A DNA stretch of 64,000 nucleotides from Candidatus Multivoradales bacterium (GTDB lineage: Bacteria; Acidobacteriota; Thermoanaerobaculia; Multivoradales; Multivoraceae): the NCBI GenBank assembly GCA_965223325.1, contig CBDCWI010000002.1, positions 736,001-800,000 on the forward strand. Reading direction: 5' to 3'. The translations under genes were made by a program, and so were the position numbers. Within the stretch, counting starts at the first letter, position 1. The number at the start of each line of letters is the position of its first letter. Under the pieces are notes generated by a model. It did no database searches and was not told the DNA's origin. It was given only the letters and a program-made list of their open reading frames with translations. Positions 46,783 to 57,604 of this stretch are shown here, in pieces.

Positions 46783-48876
46783 ATGGCACAGATCACCGAA
46801 AGTGTACGTCTGGATCAACAAGGACGCGTCGGCGTCTTGGCGATCAACAATCCCCCTGTCAATGCGCTCTCGTTTCACGTGCGTCAGGGCCTGCTCGAAG
46901 GCATTCAGAAGGCCAACGCCGACGATTCGATCGAAGCCGTGGTGCTGATCTGTGACGGACGGACGTTCATCGCCGGGGCCGACATCCGCGAGTTTGGCCA
47001 GCCCCCCAAGGAGCCGAGCCTGACCGCTCCGCTGGATGAGATCGAGAACTCGGGCAAGCCAGTGATCGCGGCGATTCATGGCACGGCTCTCGGAGGTGGT
47101 CTCGAGACCGCCCTCTGCTGCCATTACCGGGTCGCCGTTCCGGCCGCCAAACTCGGTCTGCCCGAAGTGAAACTCGGTCTTTTGCCCGGTGCCGGTGGCA
47201 CGCAGCGCCTGCCACGTGTAGTCGGGGTCAAGAAGGCGCTTCTGATGATGACCTCGGGCAACCCGATCGGCGCTCCTGAGGCGGCCGAGCATGGGTTGGT
47301 CGATCGCGTGATCGAAGGTGGGCATGACGCGTTGCTGGCGGGCGCGGTCGCCTTCGCCGAACACGTGCTCGAAGAGAATCTGCCGCTGGTCAAGATCCGT
47401 GACCGCGAGGATGGCCTAGCGGAGGCACGCTCCGACCCCAACATCTTCGACGAGTTCCGTCGCAAAATCGCGCGCAAGACGCGCGGCTTCCTGGCGCCCG
47501 AGTACAACATTCGCTGCATCGAAGCAGCGGTTTCGAAGCCCTTCGATGAAGGCTTGAAGATCGAGCGTGAACTGTTTGCAGAACTGATGGGCGGCACGCA
47601 GTCGAAGGCGCAGCGCTACTACTTCTTCGCTGAGCGTGAGGCCTCGCGCATTCCCGACGTCCCCAAAGACACGCCGCGCATCGACATCGCCTCAGCGGGT
47701 GTGCTTGGTTGCGGGACGATGGGCGGCGGCATCGCGATGAACTTCGCCAACGCGGGGATTCCGGTGACCGTCGTCGAGCGCGACCAGGAGTCAATCGATC
47801 GTGGGTTCGCCGTGATTCGCAAGAACTACGAGCGCTCGGTCAAGAGCGGCCGCCTGACGATGGAAGACGTCGACAAGCTGATGAGCCTGATCAAAGGTTC
47901 GGTCGACCGCGAAGACTTTGGCGCGGCAGATGTTGTTGTCGAGGCGGTCTTCGAGGACATGGAGCTCAAGCAGAACGTCTTCCGCGACCTCGACCGGATC
48001 TGCAAGCCAGAGGCGCTCTTGTGTTCGAACACCTCGGCCCTCGACGTCAACGAGATAGCCGCCGTCACCGAGCGCCCGGAGTCGGTGATCGGCATGCACT
48101 TCTTCAGCCCTGCCAACGTGATGCGACTGGTCGAGGTGGTGCGTGGCGAGAAGAGCTCGGCGACCACCATCGCAACGTCGATGGACCTGTCGAAGCGGCT
48201 CAAGAAGATTCCGGTGCTGGTTGGGGTGTGCCGTGGCTTCGTCGGCAACCGCATGCTCTTCCAGCGTCGCATCGAAGCCGACAAGCTCATCATGGAAGGC
48301 GCTCTGCCCTGGGACGTCGACCGGGTCGTCGAAGATTTCGGCTTCCCCATGGGACCGTACCGAATGAGCGACCTGGCGGGACTCGACATCGGGTGGAACG
48401 CCGAGACGTCATCGAGCAGTACCATTCGCGAGGTGCTGTGCGAGCGCGGGCGGCGCGGCCAGAAGACCGGTAAGGGCTACTACATCTACGACGCTGAGAC
48501 GCGCGCCGCCGCACCCGATCCTGAGACCGAAGAGATCGTGCTCGAGTTCTCGAAGAAAGGGGGGCACGAGCGCCGTGAAATCGGTGACGAGGAGATCCTC
48601 GCCCGCTGCCTCTACCCGATGGTCAACGAGGGAGCGAAGATCCTCGAAGAGGGCATCGCGATTCGCGCCAGCGACATCGACGTCATTTGGGTCAACGGCT
48701 ACGGCTGGCCGGTCTACCGCGGCGGGCCGATGTTTTGGGCCGACACCATCGGGCTCGAGAAGATCGTCGCGACCTACGACGAGTACAGAGAGCAGCACGG
48801 CGGTGACCACTGGCAGGCCGCCGATCTGATGCGCAACCTGGCCGCCGAGGGCAAGGGCTTCACCGGCGCCCTCTAG
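46783..48876 (+). CDS. bifunctional enoyl-CoA hydratase / 3-hydroxyacyl-CoA dehydrogenase (FadB/PimF-like)
   Basis: NPPVNAL, GGGLE, LPEVKLG, GCGTMG, HFFSPAN and GFVGNR. Confidence 0.95.
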   Translation: MAQITESVRLDQQGRVGVLAINNPPVNALSFHVRQGLLEGIQKANADDSIEAVVLICDGRTFIAGADIREFGQPPKEPSLTAPLDEIENSGKPVIAAIHGTALGGGLETALCCHYRVAVPAAKLGLPEVKLGLLPGAGGTQRLPRVVGVKKALLMMTSGNPIGAPEAAEHGLVDRVIEGGHDALLAGAVAFAEHVLEENLPLVKIRDREDGLAEARSDPNIFDEFRRKIARKTRGFLAPEYNIRCIEAAVSKPFDEGLKIERELFAELMGGTQSKAQRYYFFAEREASRIPDVPKDTPRIDIASAGVLGCGTMGGGIAMNFANAGIPVTVVERDQESIDRGFAVIRKNYERSVKSGRLTMEDVDKLMSLIKGSVDREDFGAADVVVEAVFEDMELKQNVFRDLDRICKPEALLCSNTSALDVNEIAAVTERPESVIGMHFFSPANVMRLVEVVRGEKSSATTIATSMDLSKRLKKIPVLVGVCRGFVGNRMLFQRRIEADKLIMEGALPWDVDRVVEDFGFPMGPYRMSDLAGLDIGWNAETSSSSTIREVLCERGRRGQKTGKGYYIYDAETRAAAPDPETEEIVLEFSKKGGHERREIGDEEILARCLYPMVNEGAKILEEGIAIRASDIDVIWVNGYGWPVYRGGPMFWADTIGLEKIVATYDEYREQHGGDHWQAADLMRNLAAEGKGFTGAL

Positions 48877-48901
48877 ACCACAGACACCCTTGGCACCGCG
48901 C

Positions 48902-50320
48902 GCCCCCCGCCCCCCGGAGCCAGTCGGGGGGACTTTCCCGCCACAATCCATGGGCCGCGCCGCGCTGGCCGGTCTGGCCAGTCGGGGGGACTTTTCGGCC
49001 GCGGGTGGCGGTTCGCGAAAGCTCGTATTTCGGCCCGGTTTTTCCTTCCTGTAGGGCTGCGCAGGCGTTTTGCGTCCCATGTCACATGGGAGCAAAACCG
49101 AGATACGTACCAAACTCCGACCGCGGGTGGGAACCAGTCATGCTCACCGCCCGCATTACGAACGGCACCTTCCTGCTCAAGCCCGACTCTGAGCAGCGAA
49201 ACATCATCAACGGCATCATCGGCCGCGCACAGCGCAAGACCGAGACCCTTATCTACTGCGTCGACTACCAGGTCAATCATCATCACTTCCTCGTCGGCGT
49301 CCGCGACGCCCAGCAGATGGCGGACTTCATGTACCGCGTCCAGCACCAGACGAGCGTCGAGATCCGCATCCGTCACGGCTGGAAGGGCCCGAAGTGGGAA
49401 AGGCCCTACCGACCCTGCTTCACCGGCCGCGACCCGGCCGATGTCGTCAAGCGCTTCCGCTATATCCTGGCGCAGGGGTGTGCCGCAGGCCTGGTGTCCT
49501 CACCTCTGAAGTGGCCAGGTGTGACCGTCGCCCGGGCCCTGTGGGAGGGGAAGCTCGAGCTCGAAGGCGAGTGGGTCGACCACACGGCGTACAGCCGGGC
49601 GAAACGGACGAAGGCGGGTCGTCGGCTGACGAAGAAAGACTTCACCAAGAAAGAGACGGTGGTTCTGTCCAAGCTACCGGGCATGGAAGACCTGAGCGAT
49701 GAGGCCTACTGCGAGTGGGGGCGCGAGATGATTCGCGGTATCGAGCGAGAGACTCTAGCGCGCCACCAGCGAGAGAAAACGAAGCCGCTCGGCCAGTGGA
49801 AGATCGCTCGCATGAGTCCCTTGAGGACTCCGGTGAAGATGGCTCTCGGGCCTTGTCCGCTGGTGATCGCCAGCAACAAGGAGGAGCAGCAACGGCTCTT
49901 GTCTGCCTTTGACTGGGTGTGGAGGGCGCACCGGCTGGCACGGGACCGTCAGCGGGCGGGCGAGCGCGATGTGGTGTTTCCTGAAGGTACGTTTCCGAGT
50001 CCCTTGCCTTTCGAAACGGTGCAGGCGCTACGTGCCGGGCCCTGAGTTAGAGCGCTAGTCAGGTAGGCGAAGAGGGACCGCCCAGGAGGCCCGTGGAGAT
50101 GCGGGCCCGGCGGAGCTGTGTCTGCGTGGGGGGAAGAGTCGTGCAAGGTGGCTGGCGCAGCGTTTGGGAGGGCCAAAAGGGGGTCCTGAGGGGCAAATCG
50201 GGTGGGCAGCGGCACCGCCAGGCGCCGCCGCAGCCGCAGCGCCCGGAAACTCCCCCCGACTGTTGGGGGGTGGTTCGGGGTTCGGAAAGTCCCCCCGAAT
50301 GGGATGGCGGGGCGGGGGGC
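48902..50320 (+). mobile_element. Y1/HUH transposase locus bounded by 37-bp imperfect terminal inverted repeats
   Basis: 48902-48938 versus the reverse complement of 50284-50320 match at 31/37; subterminal copies at 48977-48995 and 50245-50262; inserted between convergent genes; no TSD seen. Confidence 0.75.
49086..50045 (+). CDS. REP-associated tyrosine transposase-like (RAYT/TnpA Y1, HUH) protein
   Basis: LTARI, NHHHFLV (HUH), W..PY, RYILAQ (catalytic Tyr) and AGLV..P..WPG; C-terminal FPEGTF. Confidence 0.85.
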   Translation: MGAKPRYVPNSDRGWEPVMLTARITNGTFLLKPDSEQRNIINGIIGRAQRKTETLIYCVDYQVNHHHFLVGVRDAQQMADFMYRVQHQTSVEIRIRHGWKGPKWERPYRPCFTGRDPADVVKRFRYILAQGCAAGLVSSPLKWPGVTVARALWEGKLELEGEWVDHTAYSRAKRTKAGRRLTKKDFTKKETVVLSKLPGMEDLSDEAYCEWGREMIRGIERETLARHQREKTKPLGQWKIARMSPLRTPVKMALGPCPLVIASNKEEQQRLLSAFDWVWRAHRLARDRQRAGERDVVFPEGTFPSPLPFETVQALRAGP

Positions 50321-51811
50321 CTACTGCACCCGCATCGATTGAATGCGGTGGGGTTCCTCGGGCTCGAGCTCTAGCGTGAAGGTCACTCGACTGCCGTCCT
50401 CGCCTCTGAGGACCATGCTGCCAGTTGATGGGCCCGTCTTCTCGAGGCCCTCTACGGTCGACTTGCTGAGCATCAGCTGGAGCTCCTGCCAAAGTGCTTC
50501 GTGGTCTTCCATGCTGTGGCTATCGAGAAGGCTGGGTGCGAGCATCGCCCTGAGGACCTCGCTGAGTTCCAGGTCGCTCTCGCCGGTCACTGTGCGGTAG
50601 ATCTGCGCCATACGTTGCCCCATCTCCGAGGGCGGAAAGTTCTCGTCCATCTCGTCACCGCTCATCGTGAGCTGAGCCTTCGGCGCCGTAATCTCTCTCC
50701 CGTCCCATACGGCGGCCAGATTCTTCGCCAGCTCTTGGGCGGGTCGATTTCCAGTCCTGCCGAGGACGTAGGCCTGGCGGTCCCCAGTGAGCCTTACGAC
50801 CATGGTGCAGAAACCGAAGTCGTTGCCCCCGGCCACAATCGACGAATCGGTACTCGGCCGCAGCCGAGCTAGTATTTCCTTCCGCGCTGCAGGGGCCAGT
50901 ACCTTCCCGGAAACGACCGCCTGGTCCCAGGCCTGGAGATCACGCGCCGAGGCCACCATGCCACCGTTGCCGATCATCGCCCAAGTGATCTCGGGCCAGA
51001 TGGCCGGTGAGTTGCGCGCGCCAAACGTGCGCATCCCCTCGCCCTCAGCAACCAGGTCTGGCTCCCAGCCGTGCCGATAGAAGCCGGTGGTCTTCATACC
51101 AGCCGGCTCGAGCAGTCGGGCTCGTAGCTCGGAGATGAATGGCCTACCGGTCGTAACCTCCACCAGAATGGCGAGCAGGGTGTAGCCGGAGTTTGAGTAG
51201 GCCCGTCCTTCCCCAGGTGCGAAAAGCAGCTTCTGCCCCAGAATGCGTTCCAACGCTTGGTCGCGTGTGAGCTTGGTGAAGTCACCGTCCTCTCCAGGAC
51301 GATCAATGTAGTCGTCGAGACCCGAGCGGTGATCGAGAAGCTGCCGCACAGTGATCTCGCCCTTCTCGTCCGGCACGTTCTCGAGCAGCTCACCGAGTTT
51401 GTTGTCGAGGCTCAGTTTGCCGTGCGCCGAGAGCTCGAGAACCAAAGAGCGGGTGAATTCCTTACTCACCGAACCGATATCAAAAACGGTCTGGTCCGTC
51501 GTTGGCACGACGGTACCGGGACGCGCCGGGCCGATCCCCCTGGCAAGGACGTCTTCCCCACCAGCGACCAAGAGAACAAAGCCACTGAAACCACTGTCTT
51601 CGGCAGCCGTGAGCTGTGCTTCGAGCGCCTCGACCGGATGGCTCGCAAACGCCACCAGGGGGCTGCTCAACGCGAGGCCCACTGCCACTGCCAACGCCAG
51701 GCGCGCCCCGCCAGACGTCTCCGCACGTGGAGCTGTTCTTGTCAGCCCTTCAAGGGTGCGACGCCACCGATTAGAGATGTCACTGCCGTTTGCGGCGCTC
51801 GATCTGTTCAT
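50321..51811 (-). CDS. serine hydrolase, beta-lactamase/class C-like family, secreted
   Basis: FDIGSVSK (SxxK), LLDHRSG, YSNSGY and GGM. Confidence 0.92.
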   Translation of the reverse strand: MNRSSAANGSDISNRWRRTLEGLTRTAPRAETSGGARLALAVAVGLALSSPLVAFASHPVEALEAQLTAAEDSGFSGFVLLVAGGEDVLARGIGPARPGTVVPTTDQTVFDIGSVSKEFTRSLVLELSAHGKLSLDNKLGELLENVPDEKGEITVRQLLDHRSGLDDYIDRPGEDGDFTKLTRDQALERILGQKLLFAPGEGRAYSNSGYTLLAILVEVTTGRPFISELRARLLEPAGMKTTGFYRHGWEPDLVAEGEGMRTFGARNSPAIWPEITWAMIGNGGMVASARDLQAWDQAVVSGKVLAPAARKEILARLRPSTDSSIVAGGNDFGFCTMVVRLTGDRQAYVLGRTGNRPAQELAKNLAAVWDGREITAPKAQLTMSGDEMDENFPPSEMGQRMAQIYRTVTGESDLELSEVLRAMLAPSLLDSHSMEDHEALWQELQLMLSKSTVEGLEKTGPSTGSMVLRGEDGSRVTFTLELEPEEPHRIQSMRVQ

Positions 51812-52020
51812 TCCGTCCTCCTTGATTGACTCCGAGTCCACCTGAGGCCTCTGATGCACTAACAGTTGGTCCTCGGATCGGTTCCAGATATGGCTGACAC
51901 AAAAGCCAGACCAGCTTCGTAAGGCGAGTCGATATCACTTGCCACCGACTCAAACCCCGACGGCGGCACGGTCCGACTGGCAGACAGGCCAGCCGGATTG
52001 ACCCCACCTAAGGAGCCGCC

Positions 52021-53754
52021 ATGACCACCCACACCACCGAGCAACTCACCCAAGAGCGCTCGCTGCGCCTCTGGCCGGGGCTCATGATCGTCGCGCTCCA
52101 GTGGACGGTGCGCTGGCTCGTGCCCCTGGCCTTCCCTGATGCCCTCGCCGTGGGCGTACTGGCCGGACTACTCGGCGGACTCGGGGTCATCGCCTGGTGG
52201 CTCTTCTGGAGCCGGGTGCCCTGGTTCGAACGCCTAGCAGGCGTCGGGCTGATCGCGGTCACCCTGGCCGTCGCGCGCCTCTTTCTCCATCCCTCGGTTC
52301 GTGACTCGATGCTCGGACTGATGTTTCCGGTGTACGCAGTTCCCGTCGTAAGCCTCGCCTTCGTCAGCTGGGCGGCGATCTCAGAAAGGCTCAGCCCTCT
52401 CCCCCGTTGGATGGCCCTCGCCGTGCTTCTCTTCGTCTCAGGCGGAATGTGGACGCTGGTGCGCACCGCCGGGATGACCGGCTCAGCCGACAACGACTTC
52501 GCGTGGCGGTGGTCACCGACCCCCGAGGATCGCCTCCTGGCACAGACTCCGAACACCCTGGCGGGCAGCGCCAACGCGACGCCACCGACCGAGATTCTCG
52601 CCGAAGCGGATTGGCCGGGCTTCAGAGGCCTCGATAGGAATGGCGTCGTGCGCGGCACCAACATCGCATCCGACTGGAACGACGCACCACCCGTCGAACT
52701 CTGGCGCCAACCGATCGGACCTGGTTGGTCATCCTTCGCGGTCGGGGGCGGAATGCTCTACACCCAGGAGCAACGCGGCGAAGCTGAGGTCGTCAGTGCG
52801 TACGATCTCGAAACCGGCGAACCGGTGTGGCAGCACCAGGATCCGGAGCGCTTCTGGGAGGCAACCGGCGGCCCAGGCCCGCGCTCCACGCCGACCCTTG
52901 CCAGCGGCCGCATCTACTCCTTCGGAGCGAACGGCATCCTCAACGCCCTCGCCGCCGGCAATGGCCACCTCCTATGGACGCGCAATGCTGCCAACGACCA
53001 CGACGCCAAGGTGCCCTACTACGGCTTCTCGAGTTCGCCCCTGGTTCTCGAAGGTCAAGTGGTCATCTCAGTCGCCGGCCAGTTGGTTGCTTACGACGCT
53101 ACGACCGGAGCGCTGCGCTGGAGCGGACCACCCGGCAACGCCAGTTACAGTTCCCCGCAACGTGTCGTGCTCAGCGGCGTCACACAGGTTCTTCAGGCGA
53201 CCACCGAGGGGCTCACCAGCGTTCTACCCGCGACCGGCGAGCACCTCTGGCAGTACGACTGGCCCGGAGGCGTGCGCATCGTGCAGCCGGCCCTTCTCAG
53301 CGACGGCAACCTCCTGCTCAGCGAAGGTGAAGGGCGCGGTCTGCGACGCCTCGACGTCACGCGCAACAGTGCGGACTGGACACTCGATGAACGCTGGACG
53401 AGCACTCGTCTCAAGCCTTACCACAACGACTTCGTCATTCATCGCGATTCGGCCTTCGGCTTCGACGGTAGCATCCTGGCCGCAGTCGACCTCGACAGCG
53501 GCGAACGCCAGTGGAAGGGCGGCCGCTACGGTCACGGGCAGCTTCTTCTGCTCGTTGACCAGGACTTGCTTCTGGTGATTGGAGAGCGCGGCGATCTTGC
53601 CTTGGTCGAGGCCTCGCCCACCGGCTTCAGAGAGCGCGCTAAAGCACCTGCCCTGACCGGCAAGACCTGGAATCACCCCGTCCTGGTGGGAGACCTCTTG
53701 CTGGTTCGCAACGGCGAAGAAATGGCGGCTCTTCGCCTCGCAACCACCGGCTGA
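52021..53754 (+). CDS. membrane-anchored PQQ-like beta-propeller protein
   Basis: Five N-terminal TMs followed by DWPGFRG, GPRSTP, SYSSP and KTWNHP. Confidence 0.88.
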   Translation: MTTHTTEQLTQERSLRLWPGLMIVALQWTVRWLVPLAFPDALAVGVLAGLLGGLGVIAWWLFWSRVPWFERLAGVGLIAVTLAVARLFLHPSVRDSMLGLMFPVYAVPVVSLAFVSWAAISERLSPLPRWMALAVLLFVSGGMWTLVRTAGMTGSADNDFAWRWSPTPEDRLLAQTPNTLAGSANATPPTEILAEADWPGFRGLDRNGVVRGTNIASDWNDAPPVELWRQPIGPGWSSFAVGGGMLYTQEQRGEAEVVSAYDLETGEPVWQHQDPERFWEATGGPGPRSTPTLASGRIYSFGANGILNALAAGNGHLLWTRNAANDHDAKVPYYGFSSSPLVLEGQVVISVAGQLVAYDATTGALRWSGPPGNASYSSPQRVVLSGVTQVLQATTEGLTSVLPATGEHLWQYDWPGGVRIVQPALLSDGNLLLSEGEGRGLRRLDVTRNSADWTLDERWTSTRLKPYHNDFVIHRDSAFGFDGSILAAVDLDSGERQWKGGRYGHGQLLLLVDQDLLLVIGERGDLALVEASPTGFRERAKAPALTGKTWNHPVLVGDLLLVRNGEEMAALRLATTG

Positions 53755-53788
53755 AGCGGGCCGCAGTTCCAAGGCCCACGATCACTGG

Positions 53789-55333
53789 CTACTTACCGGC
53801 CGTCGACGTTCTCTCGACGAACGCTCGGAGCGTATCGCGCCACTGCTCGAGCAGCGACTGCTCGACGTACATCATGTGACCGGCGGCAAAGTCGGCACGC
53901 TCGATGTTGTCCCGCAGATCGGCCGGTAGATTGAGATTGTCGAAAGTCCACACGGCAGCGAAGTAGGGCGTCGCCAGGTCGTAGATGCCGTTGATCAACA
54001 GAACTTCGAGACGGGGGTTGCGCGTCAGCGCGCGCGCCAAGTCGGGCGCAACGTTCGGGCTGGCTCCCGGAAAAAACCCGCCCCCGCCACGCTCACGGTC
54101 CCAGTTCCAGTCCCGCGCCATGCCACTCGGCACATACTCACGTTCGCCGTCGTAGCCCAGCTCAGAGCGCAGGTACTTGTTCCAGGCCGACGTGTAGGCC
54201 GAGCTGATCGCCGACGACTGTGGGTCGTGTTGCGGAGCGCGGCCCTGCGGATCACCGGTCGGACCGGTGAAGCGCGCATCCAGGCGCCCCACGACCAGGC
54301 CTTTGTCACGCAGGATTTCCTTCTCGTACTCGGGAGCCGACACGCGCAAGCTCGAGCGCTCGAGGTACTCCTTGTCGAGACCGGTGTAGAGGTGCATCTG
54401 ATCGAGCGTCTCCTGGCGCTCTGCAGGAGTAGCCGCACTCCCGGCCAGGAGCGTCGTCGCGTAGTCGGTGATCGCCCACTCCTCGACTTCCTTCATGAAA
54501 GCCTCGAGATCCTCCGGCGCGCCGCCCGGCAAGACGCCGTGGTACGCCGAAGTGATCGCATAGGACGGCACGTTGGTGACATAGGGAACGATCGAGCCGA
54601 CGTTGAAGCTGATGGTGTTGAAGTCGAGAACCGCCGACACCAACACGATGCCGTTGAGATCGACATTGGCGCGCTGCAAGTGGGTCGCGAGAACTGCCGA
54701 CCGCGTGGTGCCATAGCTCTCGCCCAGCAGGTAGCGCGGTGAGTTCCAGCGATCGTGCTGACTGAGAAAGCGCCGAATGAACTGGCTCAGCGAACGCGCA
54801 TCTTCGTCGACCCCCCAGAACTCCTTGCCCTCGACTCCGGGTGCCGGGCGCGAAAAGCCGGTGCCTACGGGGTCAATCATCACGATGTCGGCGAGATCGA
54901 TGAGGCTGTAGGGATTGTCCTGGATCTCGTAAGGCGGCGGCGCCTGCTGACCGACCTCGGGAGTCACCACCCGACGCGGCCCCATGATGCCCATGTGCAA
55001 CCAGAAACTCGCCGAACCAGGGCCACCGTTGTAGCTGAAAAGGAGCGGGCGGGCCACTCCCTTCGGACCATTGGTGCGCTGGTAGGCGGTGTAGAAGAGT
55101 TCGGCGGTCGCCTTCTCGGCGTCGTCACGCAGAATGATCGAGCCCACCGTCGCGTCGTACTCGACGACCGCCTCGTCGATTTCAATGCGATGCGAAGTCG
55201 TCCAATTCGAAGGCTCCGGTTCGGGGCCGGCTGGTGGCGCCGCCTTCTCGCCAGCGTCATGCCCCAACAGGTCATGCGCGAACAGCACACACCCGAACAG
55301 AACGATCGACAAGACAGTGAGAAACTTCTTCAT
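53789..55333 (-). CDS. S10-family serine carboxypeptidase
   Basis: NGGPGSAS, IDPVGTGFS, GESYG, DLATP and GHMMY; signal peptide. Confidence 0.93.
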   Translation of the reverse strand: MKKFLTVLSIVLFGCVLFAHDLLGHDAGEKAAPPAGPEPEPSNWTTSHRIEIDEAVVEYDATVGSIILRDDAEKATAELFYTAYQRTNGPKGVARPLLFSYNGGPGSASFWLHMGIMGPRRVVTPEVGQQAPPPYEIQDNPYSLIDLADIVMIDPVGTGFSRPAPGVEGKEFWGVDEDARSLSQFIRRFLSQHDRWNSPRYLLGESYGTTRSAVLATHLQRANVDLNGIVLVSAVLDFNTISFNVGSIVPYVTNVPSYAITSAYHGVLPGGAPEDLEAFMKEVEEWAITDYATTLLAGSAATPAERQETLDQMHLYTGLDKEYLERSSLRVSAPEYEKEILRDKGLVVGRLDARFTGPTGDPQGRAPQHDPQSSAISSAYTSAWNKYLRSELGYDGEREYVPSGMARDWNWDRERGGGGFFPGASPNVAPDLARALTRNPRLEVLLINGIYDLATPYFAAVWTFDNLNLPADLRDNIERADFAAGHMMYVEQSLLEQWRDTLRAFVERTSTAGK

Positions 55334-55430
55334 GGTCTCCTCCTCCGGTAGGCCTTTCGAGGCGTTTCGCGCACCATACCGGAGGCTCCCAGTCCGCAGC
55401 TTCATCGAAGCCTGAAACCCCGCCGTACGT

Positions 55431-56033
55431 CTACGCGAACAAGGTCTGCTGGGTGGTGTTGGAAAGACCAACGATCTCGGTACCCTCGAGCTCGAGGAGA
55501 AACTCCTTGGTCGCCAGTCCACCGGCATAGCCGGTGAGGTTGCCGTTTCTTCCGATGACCCGATGGCACGGCACGACGATCGGAATGGGATTGCGACCGT
55601 TGGCAGCCCCGACCGCGCGTGACGCTGTCGGCCGACCCAGCTGGCTCGCGATCTCACCGTACGAGGTCGTGGCGCCGAACGGAATGCCACAGAGCAACCT
55701 CCAGACAGCTCGCTGAAACGTTGTTCCCTGCGGCGCGAGTCGCAGCTCGAACGACTCCCGCTGACCGCTGAAGTACTCCTCGAGCTGTAGCGCAGACCGA
55801 GCCAGCCACTCGGCGGCCGGGCCCTCTGGCGGGTCGATGGCCGCTTCCTTCCAGTCGGAAGGAGCCGCCCGCAGTGCACCGGTTGGATCGGCGAAGGCAA
55901 TCTCCCGCAGGCCGGTCGCAGTGGCGGCCAGGCGCAGAGTTCCGAGCGGCGTCGGGAGACCGCAGAACTCGATTCGCTCATCGTGGGCGGAGGGCACGCG
56001 CATGTCGATGGCGGAGACCACTTCATTGCTCAT
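55431..56033 (-). CDS. ogt: methylated-DNA--protein-cysteine methyltransferase
   Basis: GTTFQ, SYGEIA, RAVG and PCHRV. Confidence 0.95.
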   Translation of the reverse strand: MSNEVVSAIDMRVPSAHDERIEFCGLPTPLGTLRLAATATGLREIAFADPTGALRAAPSDWKEAAIDPPEGPAAEWLARSALQLEEYFSGQRESFELRLAPQGTTFQRAVWRLLCGIPFGATTSYGEIASQLGRPTASRAVGAANGRNPIPIVVPCHRVIGRNGNLTGYAGGLATKEFLLELEGTEIVGLSNTTQQTLFA

Positions 56034-57604
56034 CTCGAACTCCTTCTTGCGTTGGAACGTCTGCTTGTTTCGACGGGCGCCGCGCCCGACCACAACAGGT
56101 GCGCCGCGTAGGAACGCCACGGGCGCCAGGCCTCGGCCCGCTGCTCGAGGTCCCGAACCGACATCTCGCCCTCGGCGACCAGTGCCCGCCGCAGCCAGAG
56201 GTCGCCCGACGGAAAGGCGTCGGGGTCACTGAGGGCTCGCATGATGACGTACTGCGCCGTCCAATCCCCTATCCCCGGGAGAGCCGTAAGCACTTCGTGC
56301 AGTTCGTCACTCGTCTGGGTGCCATCGAAACGCACATCGCCATCTTCGGTGGCCGCGGCCAGGCGGCGCAGCGCCTCGGCCCGCGTCGACGGTAGGCCGA
56401 TGCGCTCGATGGGAGCCTTGCGGAGGGCTCCTGGGACAGGGAACAAGAAGGCCAGGTGACCCTCCGAGTCGACGCCCGTATGGTGCTCACCAAAGCGTTC
56501 GACCAGGCGCTTCGTGAGAGTCGTCGCACCCTTGACCGTCACCTGCTGCCCGAGAATCGCCCTCACCGTGAGCTCGAACCCGTCCCAGGCGCCCGGCGAG
56601 CGCACTCCCGGCTTGTTCGCAAGCCGCCGCGCAACGTCCCGGTCCCCGCAAAACACCGCGGCAACGGCCGATGGATCGACATCGAGATCGAACAGTCGTC
56701 GCACGCGGGTGGTGATATCGAGGAGCAGCGCAGGCTGGAGAGGCCACAGCTGGATCTGGAGCTCTACCTCGCCTGCTGGTTCCATCGCCGACCACGGCCG
56801 CACCTCGAGCACCCCGGCCCCCCCACCCACCCGCACCAGACGCCGCCAGGATCCGTTCCTGACTTCTTCGACTCCTGGCGAGCAGCGCGGCGCAAGGAAC
56901 GACAGCACCGCCTGGGCATCGTAGGGCGCCCGACCGACCAATGTCAGCTCGAGCGTCTCGGGACGCTCCCGGCACTCAGCTCCGCCGTGGCGGGTTCCTG
57001 AGCGCCGGCCGCCACCGGCGACACTCGTGCGTAGCTCCGTCGGCGTTCTGCCCCAGGTGGTGCGCACCGCCTCGTTGAAGCGGCGTACGCTTCCATAGCC
57101 GGCGGCCAACGCGACTTCGCCCATCGGCATCGCAGTCTCATCGATCAGCTGCTTGGCGAACAACAAGCGGCGGGTTCGCGCCACCGCGGTCGGCGAGGCA
57201 CCGACCCACTGCCGAAAGAGGCGTCGCAGATGACGCTCCCCCACGCCCAGCCGTCGCGCCAGGTCGGCGCTGCCGCCTTCGGCCAGGACGCCGTCTTCGA
57301 TCAACCGTAGCGCACGTCGCACGGTTGCCTCGGTTCCCACCCAGGCGGCCGAACTGGGCGCTGCTTCCGGCCGACAGCGCAAGCAGGGTCTCAGACCCGC
57401 CGCACTCGCTGCCGCCGCGGTCTGAAAGAACGCAACGTTGCGCCGCGCCGCGCGTGCCGCCAGCGCACACACCGGGCGACAGTAGATCCCGGTCGACACC
57501 ACGCCCACAAAGAAGCGCCCATCGAACCTTCGGTCGCGCGCCAGGCGGGCGCGTTCACAGGCCTCTGGATCGAGCGGTAGAGGGCGGGTCTCGATGTCTC
57601 TCAT
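56030..57604 (-). CDS. alkA: Ada-AlkA fusion (Zn-binding Ada domain, AraC HTH, DNA-3-methyladenine glycosylase II)
   Basis: GIYCRPVC...PCLRC, Ara[25 protein letters not shown] and WRPWRSYA. Confidence 0.93.
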   Translation of the reverse strand: MRDIETRPLPLDPEACERARLARDRRFDGRFFVGVVSTGIYCRPVCALAARAARRNVAFFQTAAAASAAGLRPCLRCRPEAAPSSAAWVGTEATVRRALRLIEDGVLAEGGSADLARRLGVGERHLRRLFRQWVGASPTAVARTRRLLFAKQLIDETAMPMGEVALAAGYGSVRRFNEAVRTTWGRTPTELRTSVAGGGRRSGTRHGGAECRERPETLELTLVGRAPYDAQAVLSFLAPRCSPGVEEVRNGSWRRLVRVGGGAGVLEVRPWSAMEPAGEVELQIQLWPLQPALLLDITTRVRRLFDLDVDPSAVAAVFCGDRDVARRLANKPGVRSPGAWDGFELTVRAILGQQVTVKGATTLTKRLVERFGEHHTGVDSEGHLAFLFPVPGALRKAPIERIGLPSTRAEALRRLAAATEDGDVRFDGTQTSDELHEVLTALPGIGDWTAQYVIMRALSDPDAFPSGDLWLRRALVAEGEMSVRDLEQRAEAWRPWRSYAAHLLWSGAAPVETSRRSNARRSSR

